52,440 nt of DNA from Corallochytrium limacisporum Hawaii (lineage: Eukaryota; Protista; Pluriformea): the NCBI GenBank assembly GCA_002811645.1, contig PDIP01000080.1, positions 59,571 to 112,010 of the forward strand, given 5' to 3'. The position numbers and the translations under genes are program-made. Shown here piece by piece: positions 33,769-41,777 of the stretch (position 1 is the stretch's first letter; each line of letters opens with the position of its first letter). The notes below the pieces were generated by a model. It made no database searches and was not told the origin of the DNA. It saw only the letters and a list, made by a program, of their open reading frames with translations.

Positions 33769-36700
33769 TCACTGTTCCATGTAGAGGTGTAGTCTGCTCT
33801 GTGAACTGTGTCTTACCGCCACAGGTGGTGGCTGCAGGTAGCTCTGTTGCTGGGTGCTCTCTACATCTGTCCCTCGGCGGTGTGGCTCCACGCTCTGCTG
33901 AGTATCCGTAGGCATATCTGTACTGCAGTGGCCACAACGCTGGGGTAGAGGAGCACGGTGCGGGTTCTTATCCAGCCCGGCTCCTTTGACTTCACCTTGC
34001 ACCACACGCGTGGCTCCCCAAGCAAAGTCGTCCATATGCCAGTAAGCGTAGAATGGCAGATAAATGAAGAATACGGGCAGCGTGATCAGATAGTGGGGCA
34101 CATAAGCGATGTTCTTGGGTGCACCTAGCAGCAAGGGCATCAATATTACTGTGGCCACAAAAACTGCGGCCGTGAAGATTGAGGCCAAGGGAATCTGTCC
34201 GTGCACAAACGACATGACAGCGAGGTAAGTCAAATACAAGGATCCGATGGGAACCAAAATCACGCTCAACAGATCCAACACAATTAAGAAGCGGATACCA
34301 AAAATACAGAAGCCGCACAAATTTGGGGTGCTGATGAGGGTGAACAGGTTGTGCATGGTCGAATTGATCCAGCGACGGCGCTGCGAGCGCAGCACTCGAA
34401 ACTTTTCTGGTACTTCGGTGAAGCATTGGGCCCGCTCCGTAAATGTGATCCGCCTGCGGTTGTGGTGCTTAAGCAGGAGTGTGGTCAGGTACCGATCCTC
34501 ACCAAGCATGAGCAGATTCTTCTCGTGCATGGTACGAGCTGCGGCGCGGGCGTAGCGATTAAGGACCGCGTCATTGATGAGGATCAGGTCACTCTCCCGA
34601 GCTATGACCATGGGACGACTAGTCATGGATTGCGGGGTCTGCTGGTTGATGAATGAGGACGGTTGTCGGTGCTGGACCTGGTCGTGCAGGTGGCTGCTAT
34701 AGGTGCTCCCACTGTCCCACGAGTGGAGGCAAGATGTATCACGCTCATCAGGCGTGCGCATAGGCAACGGATCTCGCACTCGGTACATTGTGAAGCAACC
34801 CGGCAGACAGGTAACCGTCCCAAAACGGGATTCAAATGTCTTGTACAGACGGTGGTTGATAAAATACTCATAGGCCTGGGCCCGGGACCACAAATTCACA
34901 CGATTGGTAACAAGACTCTCACCGCAGGTAGCAATAATCTTTGGACTACGGTGTAGCTCACAAACTAGGGCAGACACTGCACTGCGGCTCAGTTTGGTGT
35001 CCGCGTCTACGGACATGAGAAATTCAATGTCGGTGAGGTCCAACCCTTGACCCCAGTTTGATCCTGCTGTCACTTCGCGGAGGTGATAGTTCATTGCACG
35101 ACTCACAGCCCCGTAGCCACTCCGGCCGCGCACTGTGGCTTGGTAGTTGGGCGAGAGAGCTTTGCTGTGCTTGCTGCGCGGTTTCTGCTTCTGATACTTG
35201 TCTTTGGCCCTAAGCATGTCTTGCATGCGCTTTTCGGATACGGATGGCGGCGCCACTCCACTGTAAGCGTCCCGCAAAGCTTGGAACAGAAGTACCTGCG
35301 AATCCCTCTTGCCGCGGTTACCCTCCTTACCCGGGATTTCCATTTCTCCGCCAATTTTGGCCATGATCACAACGGGTAGGGACGGTAGGCTGTCGTACAG
35401 GCGACGGGCCTTCTTGTTGCGATTGAACCCGAAGCGTAGCAAGCGGCGTCGGTTGGTGGGGAACATGTCTTCAAAAGCCGGAGTGAAGCGAGCACTGAAG
35501 ACTACTACATTGTTGTCCTGCTGGCAGCTGTTTCCGCCAAGAGCGGTGTACGGGACCTCAGATCCAAACTCACGCATTGCTGCAATGGTGTCAATCTTAC
35601 CGTGAGTGACAATGGAGGCTGCCAGTTCAGCAGTAGTTTTGGCAGGACCCCCATTACTGTCAGATTCACCGCCAGAGCCTCTCACCAGGCCATCACAGAC
35701 CAGGAAGATAACCACCGGGTCCTCAGCCGGCATGTCCTCTTCCACAGGTGGCTTCGAGGATTCTTCATTGTTGTCATATACATGGGTTCTATTGCCAGCG
35801 TGCGCATATTCGTGTCCCACATTCAGATTCGCGTAGCTGGTGGTACGCATGGGAATGTCCATGATATCATCATAGGTGTCTGCGCTGGAGTGGTTGTAGC
35901 GCAGGTCATCCAGTTTGTCATAATCATCGTCATCGTCGAGGTCCTGATTGTGGTACTGGTCGAGGCCGTCCAGCCCGTGTTGATCGACATCGATCGTAGC
36001 ATGGTGCTGAGAGCACCCATCCATTGATAACATCGAAGGCGTACGTGATGTGGGCACCGTGACAACTAATTGTTGTTGTTTGGGATGAGCCTGTTCATAC
36101 TTGGTCTGTTTCTTGCGGTGCTTCTGTCTCTTTTTCTGTCCATGGTCACATGGTAGTCGGTAATTCTGAAAAAAGACCGAATTCAATGTTGACCGTAAAC
36201 CATCCTCGTCTTCGGTGTAACAAGTCACCAGCACACCCACTGCAGGCTTTCTCGAGCCATTGCTCCCATTGCCATCCACAAAGTTCGTCGTGTTGGTTGA
36301 TAACGGCTGAACCTGCTGTTTGGTGTTCTCTGGAGTAGGAGTCGTCCCCAAGAGTCGAGCATCTTGCTCTGGGATTGACGTGTATATGGAACCTTTCCTG
36401 CGAAATATGTTCCATATCGGTAACGCAACGATCAATTTGAAGACAAATACTGTGATAAAGATGGCAAGCATGCCTAAGAGAAGGATCTCATTACTATCGC
36501 AAATACCTTCATTCACAGTACTAGAAGCGACTTCAGCGTTGACACTGCCCTGTGGAACATCCTGTTCCATCATAGTCTGTCTCCGTCGATTACTATCTTT
36601 GTTCAAAGCTTCATCCGCGAGATCCTGTGTCTTGCCATTTAGAAAATTTTCAATCGACTCTCGCTGCCCGCAAAATAAGATGCTAACGCCAGCCAGAAGG

Positions 36701-36873
36701 AATATGTAGGCTGCATTGGCGCACAGCACCAGAAAGCAGAATAGGACCTTCTCACGCCAGGCCATACGACTGGCACCATCCTTTTTGCCAAAAAGGTAAA
36801 GCACTGGAGAAGGAATCCAGAAGGTCAGGAGCCAAGCCATGCCGGCCCAGAACCGTCGACGGCTTGTCGTCAT
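33769..36873 (-). CDS. chs: Chitin synthase (GT2, division-2 / class IV-V-like)
   Basis: LLTFWIP...AWREK, TCYTED, CDGLVRG, GNRGKRDSQ, VDADT, QAYEYFINH, VTCLPGCFTMYR, LGEDRYLTTLLL, SQRRRWINST and WHMDDFAWGATR. First in-frame ATG at 36873 (ORF open from 36903). Confidence 0.96.
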   Translation of the reverse strand: MTTSRRRFWAGMAWLLTFWIPSPVLYLFGKKDGASRMAWREKVLFCFLVLCANAAYIFLLAGVSILFCGQRESIENFLNGKTQDLADEALNKDSNRRRQTMMEQDVPQGSVNAEVASSTVNEGICDSNEILLLGMLAIFITVFVFKLIVALPIWNIFRRKGSIYTSIPEQDARLLGTTPTPENTKQQVQPLSTNTTNFVDGNGSNGSRKPAVGVLVTCYTEDEDGLRSTLNSVFFQNYRLPCDHGQKKRQKHRKKQTKYEQAHPKQQQLVVTVPTSRTPSMLSMDGCSQHHATIDVDQHGLDGLDQYHNQDLDDDDDYDKLDDLRYNHSSADTYDDIMDIPMRTTSYANLNVGHEYAHAGNRTHVYDNNEESSKPPVEEDMPAEDPVVIFLVCDGLVRGSGGESDSNGGPAKTTAELAASIVTHGKIDTIAAMREFGSEVPYTALGGNSCQQDNNVVVFSARFTPAFEDMFPTNRRRLLRFGFNRNKKARRLYDSLPSLPVVIMAKIGGEMEIPGKEGNRGKRDSQVLLFQALRDAYSGVAPPSVSEKRMQDMLRAKDKYQKQKPRSKHSKALSPNYQATVRGRSGYGAVSRAMNYHLREVTAGSNWGQGLDLTDIEFLMSVDADTKLSRSAVSALVCELHRSPKIIATCGESLVTNRVNLWSRAQAYEYFINHRLYKTFESRFGTVTCLPGCFTMYRVRDPLPMRTPDERDTSCLHSWDSGSTYSSHLHDQVQHRQPSSFINQQTPQSMTSRPMVIARESDLILINDAVLNRYARAAARTMHEKNLLMLGEDRYLTTLLLKHHNRRRITFTERAQCFTEVPEKFRVLRSQRRRWINSTMHNLFTLISTPNLCGFCIFGIRFLIVLDLLSVILVPIGSLYLTYLAVMSFVHGQIPLASIFTAAVFVATVILMPLLLGAPKNIAYVPHYLITLPVFFIYLPFYAYWHMDDFAWGATRVVQGEVKGAGLDKNPHRAPLPQRCGHCSTDMPTDTQQSVEPHRRGTDVESTQQQSYLQPPPVAVRHSSQSRLHLYMEQ

Positions 36874-37920
36874 TTCCTTCTGTTCCACAATGTGTCTAAT
36901 CAAACACTATGTTCCGTTCCGGTTATTACGTTTATCCATCAAAATACTTTTGTTTTCTTCTACTGTAACATGTCGCTTTAGTTTCCAAGATTCTATTGGG
37001 GGTGCATTCTAGGCTCTGACAATCGATGATCTGTCAAGCTCGTGAGGACCAACGCGACCCTTCTTTCTCATATACCCATAGAAGGTAAACAAATGGACCA
37101 TTGATTTATTACATTCTACACTGGTATCAAGACACTGTCATCATGACCCATTGACACGCACAGAACCCGAGCTCAAACGATCATTGCGGCATAGAGTACA
37201 CACAGAAAAGAACAAACGACGTAAGTCTGCATCATCTTCGACCTTTTCACGAGGTTTGGATATTCAGTCTTCACTGTAGAGCTCTTTTTGGGAAACCAAT
37301 GCGCACACCTCAATTGCAACCTCTTTCGGACACGGTACGGCGTTCGACCACCTTCGCCAATGCACAAGTTCATTGCCTTCGGCTGTTCTCGTCTCCCCCT
37401 TCCCCCCCATCGACCCGACCTCCCCGTGGGAGTGGCGGCGTCCCTGTGCACACTGGCCCGCCTCTGTGTCCCCCAAACCGGTGATAAAAGCACCGACTTA
37501 CGTTGGGAGGACCGAGTTCATTAGGTCAAATTGAACCAGAAATAGGATTTGCGGCAGTACTATAGGGGCTGAATCATTTCGTAACGACTGGTACTGGAAT
37601 TCACCGTGCAATTCCTTGTGATTCTCCTCAGCACCACCTACCAACGGTGATGAAAGCAGCATGTGGCTGTGTTTGCGCACACCGGCAACGGAGTTCGTAA
37701 CGGTAACACAAATATTATATCCCATACATTTTCTTAGGGATTGTCCTGGAAATTAGACCGATCGCTCTTGATCGTAACAAACAAACAGAGATAGGGGAGA
37801 AGCTGACCGAACCTGCAGAAATGTCCATGTCATGTCACGCATGCCTGAATGTACGCAATCAACACGTTAAAGGCACAGGCCAGCACACCAACTTGTCTAC
37901 AGGATCCCCCCTCCCCCGTG

Positions 37921-38005
37921 GGGGGGGGGGCTGGAGGAAAAGAGGGGGGGGGAGATTTGGCTGGAAGAAGGTTCTTTAACCCGAACAAATCCCGACTACT
38001 ACCAA
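37921..38005 (+). repeat. Dispersed ~85-bp repeat, copy 1 (copy 2 at 48888-48972); possible MITE-like element end
   Basis: Identical G-run-ctggaggaaaagagggggggggagatttggctggaagaaggttctttaacccgaacaaatcccgactactaccaa, 11 kb apart. Both copies are preceded by a C-run. Confidence 0.85.
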
Positions 38006-38562
38006 ATTAATTTCCAAAAAAAGATTTTCTACTCAAATGAGTTCCTCTGAGCCAGTTGGAGGGGAGGGGGAGAGGGGGAGAGGGGGAGGGATTGTATCAT
38101 CACCCGTGGAATGCCTGACCAACGAGACCACCGCAACTCCAACGAATTTCCAGGCTGTTTCAGTTAGACTCTCCGCTTTTGTGGCACAGGTGACTCCACA
38201 AATTACGTGAATTTTGCACCCAAACCGCTGAAGAAAATCCGTCGGCCCCGATGGAGGAGTTCAAATATGGCTGCACGCTCATGAGATCGTTTATTACTAT
38301 TGGTGATGATAACTTTCCTTCAATCTTTCTGTGAAGAAATTACTGTGGCATTAACCGTATACCACCCTCGCCTGTTCGGCGTCTGGGGCGCAGGGGGTGA
38401 CGTTTTCTACCACCTCTTTTTCTTTTTGTTGGTGTACCTACCATTGTGCCTCAAGGGTTGCGTCATATGCTACCATGGGTATTGGAAAATCTCGCTGGAA
38501 CAGGGTAGTGTGTGGAAGAGATTGTATATTTATGCAATGGTTAATATTTCAACAGAACAGCA

Positions 38563-39870
38563 CTATCTGAAGATCTTGGGCATGCCATTGCCGATGTGGT
38601 GGTCAACAAACTCATCCTCGAGGTTCGGTTCTGTGTCCATTGCCTTGGACCGACGCGCAGTCATGCCCTTTCCGGGAGGAATGATCCTGCTTTCTGAATC
38701 ACCGTCGTCTATACTGCGGCGTTTCTTTTTGAGTTTGCGCAAGTCCACGTCGCCCTCCAACACATTCATGACATCCTCAGCCGAAGTGTTGCGGCGGTTG
38801 AACGTTGTCTTGATCTCCTGGGGCGCATCAGCGTCTTGTTCATGACTTTGGCTGACATCACGACGCTTCTTCCTTCTGATCTTCATGACTTGGTCCACAG
38901 AGTCATTGCCGAAGAGATCACGGCGAATTCGGGCCTCTGCTTCGATCTTGGCCACGTCCTTGGGCGGTAAGGAGTCCACGTCCCGCCTCACGTATTCCTC
39001 GCCGCCCATGACCTCATTGGTACCTCGCTGGCTCCTCCTACGAAAACCAGTCTGAGGCATGACCGCTTCGGGCACCGAAATGTCAATTTCGGACCTTATC
39101 TGCTTTGTACGTTCAAGACCGATAGAAGCACTTTTGTTCGTGTCTTTGATGGAATCTGCAGGGTTGTCTTCACTGAGTGCCACATAACCATAGCCATCTC
39201 GGCGGTACCATACGTGATCTTTCGGATTCCGGACCAAACCTCTACGTTTCTTGTGGGTATAGTTGAAGTCTGGTGCATAGTCACCAACCGCACCGTTGTC
39301 AATGTCTCGACGCTTCTCCAGGTCAGCGACATGTACGGGATACTGCCCGTCAGCGTTTGTTCCGTCGAGATCCCTTCGCTGCACAGCAATACCGAATGCA
39401 CCAGTGGCGCTTTCTGTCTCTTCAAGGTAACACACTGTCGCACCGCTTTTGTTGACGGAAACAACCACCGGGGTCGTCGATACAGTGCCTGTCACAGTAA
39501 ATGCCTGAATGTTGATGCCACAGACTCCATCTGAGTCAAGGTGCAGGGTAAGAGAAGCCACATAGTCACCATCGTTGGCGTCGACAACTGTCAAAGCCAC
39601 CGGAGCATTGCTTAAGTCTGCACATTCCACTGTTGATCCCTCAGGTTCACTACCGAAGATCTTGGTTTCCGATGAAAAATGAGAGATGAACACGGATGAG
39701 CCACTGATGCCGATAACAAATTCCGGACCAAGACTGTCCGATACTGCGACAATCTCCAAGGACGAGCACAGATCCGGAAGGATTCGTGTGTCGTCTCTGT
39801 ATAGGGTGTTGGTCTCCGGGAGAGCCCGGTGGTAGCGGTCATTCCCCTTTGCTGCCATTTGTTCAGCCAT
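38563..39870 (-). CDS. Putative multi-peptide precursor A: conserved N-terminal domain plus 11 RR-delimited peptide cassettes (435 aa)
   Basis: N-terminal domain aligns with 40851-41777 (LEIVAVSDSLGPEFVIGISGSSVFISH versus YEINTVADNLGSEYTVAITGQALSISH). The C-terminal ~270 aa has 11 RR/KRR sites, 9 of them followed by D or S. Confidence 0.8.
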   Translation of the reverse strand: MAEQMAAKGNDRYHRALPETNTLYRDDTRILPDLCSSLEIVAVSDSLGPEFVIGISGSSVFISHFSSETKIFGSEPEGSTVECADLSNAPVALTVVDANDGDYVASLTLHLDSDGVCGINIQAFTVTGTVSTTPVVVSVNKSGATVCYLEETESATGAFGIAVQRRDLDGTNADGQYPVHVADLEKRRDIDNGAVGDYAPDFNYTHKKRRGLVRNPKDHVWYRRDGYGYVALSEDNPADSIKDTNKSASIGLERTKQIRSEIDISVPEAVMPQTGFRRRSQRGTNEVMGGEEYVRRDVDSLPPKDVAKIEAEARIRRDLFGNDSVDQVMKIRRKKRRDVSQSHEQDADAPQEIKTTFNRRNTSAEDVMNVLEGDVDLRKLKKKRRSIDDGDSESRIIPPGKGMTARRSKAMDTEPNLEDEFVDHHIGNGMPKIFR

Positions 39871-40850
39871 GTTGGTTGATTCCTATCCATGTTGGTTCGC
39901 AAGTCTACTCAGGTTGAATTGGTCTCTCAAATAGATGGAAGAATGTAATGATCCTCGTATGATGCGCAAGGGACACTCATTCCTTTCTTTCACTTGTGCT
40001 CCAGTGCAGTAGTCCTTTTGCATAAGAGTGATCGCCAAGACCCTTGGAAATTTCGAAAAAGAAAGATTAGCTGCAGATTGCAATTTCATGAGCAAGTTCG
40101 AACGACATGCCCACTTGCACAGAGTGGAGGCTCTCGGAACACCGTCGTTCCCCTCGACTTGGAGTTCCTTGTGCAAGTCTTAGGGAGAAGACCATCGAAA
40201 GATAAGCCCCAAGACCCTGCAATCTACGGGTACAAAATATATGTAGATCGAGGCCCTACAACATTTGTGCTTGAGACTTACACAAAGACAATATCACGAG
40301 CTGGTAGGTTTTTCAGTGACCGATCGGCAAACACTGCAGGAGTTTGAACAGCCGCCCGCTACATCGAATGTCCGCCGTTTTGAATTTGCTGGGTGATTCG
40401 TGCACCACCTGGAGATTTTTCGCCACCCTAGACCGAGCCGAGCACTTCGACCTCGATCGACTCCCCCAATACCTAAGTGTTTCTCATTCTCAAAGTATGA
40501 CAAGATGGAGAGCGGCCGACCCAAGGGGGGAGGGGAAATAGGGGACAATTGTGTAGATTTTTCTCTGTTCCATACGGAAACCACTCTAAAACCTCGCAGG
40601 GGGGCAGATGAAACCGGGCAGGTGAAATAATGGGACAGGGACGGGAGCATTGCAGAAGATGTAACGGCAGGGGTACCGCAATTGCACTACTGTTGATCAT
40701 GGCCGGTAAGAGCTTTATGATGTTCGTCGGCTGCCTGTGGAGATGCCCTTGATGATGGTTACGCAAACGAGTCCTAAAACTGGACTCCACAGAACCTTAA
40801 AGATGATTGGAAAAGATAACGGATTCGGATTCTAATTGGTTTGAGTCATG

Positions 40851-41777
40851 TTAGTTACATTGGACATTACCCTCCCTGAACTCGTACTCAGCGCCGTCTT
40901 CCGGAGGACAGTTAGAGCGACGTTTGGTAGCCTCGACGCCTATGTCGTTTCCCTCCTCCTTAGCCATAGTTCCGTCTTGGACAGGGAATCGTCGTGGAAC
41001 ATCACTACGGCGCTTCACGCCGCCGTAGCCAGCTTTGACCATGCCGGAGCCGTTGTCTATGACAAGGTCACTGTCGCGACGCTTTGCACCGCTGAAGCCA
41101 GCTTTCATCATGCCAGAGCCGTTGTCTATAACAAGGTCACTGTCGCGACGCTTGATTTGAGCGATGTTCTCTGTCTTTTCACCTTCCTCTGGGACGGCGG
41201 CAAAGTCGATCAATTTGACCATGTCAATCGCCCCACGGGTCTTCTTGCGGCCGCTTCCGGAGAATCTTGGTCCCCAGGCCGACGCGGGTGGCGGGAGGAT
41301 GGCAGCCCTAACGTCAGACGCGGGCAGAACGGAGACAACAGTCGCGAGCGGGTCATCCTCGTGGCCGGTTACTACTACGACGGTTCCGTCTTCGTCGTCA
41401 CCAGTTTCGACATTGTCTTTGGCTACCTGATCAATGTCAGTGAAATCGATGTTTGTGACCGTCACGGAACAGCGCTGCGCGCCGCCGATCCATTCTGCTT
41501 CGAGAGCCAGAGTTACCTCTGCAATATGGTCGCCGTTGGCGGTGTCGGTGAGGGAAAAGTTTACAACCGGTCCATTGGCCACACCGCAAGGGTTTTTGCT
41601 GTCACTATTCGTGTTAGAGTTCCCTTGATGGGAGATGCTAAGAGCCTGTCCAGTTATTGCAACAGTGTACTCCGAGCCGAGATTGTCCGCGACCGTATTT
41701 ATCTCATAAGGCTGGAGCTTAGGCACATCGGCGGATCGAATGTGTTGCTCCGAGTCGTAGTTCAGTTGCAGTGCCAT
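40851..41777 (-). CDS. Putative multi-peptide precursor B carrying two actin-like peptides (308 aa)
   Basis: Paralogous N-terminal domain. KRR-flanked cassettes DSDLVIDNGSGMMKAGFSGA and DSDLVIDNGSGMVKAGYGGV. Confidence 0.82.
   Translation of the reverse strand: MALQLNYDSEQHIRSADVPKLQPYEINTVADNLGSEYTVAITGQALSISHQGNSNTNSDSKNPCGVANGPVVNFSLTDTANGDHIAEVTLALEAEWIGGAQRCSVTVTNIDFTDIDQVAKDNVETGDDEDGTVVVVTGHEDDPLATVVSVLPASDVRAAILPPPASAWGPRFSGSGRKKTRGAIDMVKLIDFAAVPEEGEKTENIAQIKRRDSDLVIDNGSGMMKAGFSGAKRRDSDLVIDNGSGMVKAGYGGVKRRSDVPRRFPVQDGTMAKEEGNDIGVEATKRRSNCPPEDGAEYEFREGNVQCN
41016..41153 (-). repeat. Coding 69-bp tandem repeat x2 (KRR + actin-like 20-mer)
   Basis: Units 41153-41085 and 41084-41016 differ at three synonymous codons and four mostly conservative residues. 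Confidence 0.92.

Noticed and set aside
36907-36909. TAG reassignment (alternative genetic code)
   Set aside because: TAG terminates both Cys-repeat paralogues at matching positions, and the long genes contain no internal TAG.
40851-41777. Annotation as actin or an actin pseudogene
   Set aside because: Only about 16-29 residues resemble actin. The rest is an intact ORF paralogous to the neighbouring non-actin gene.
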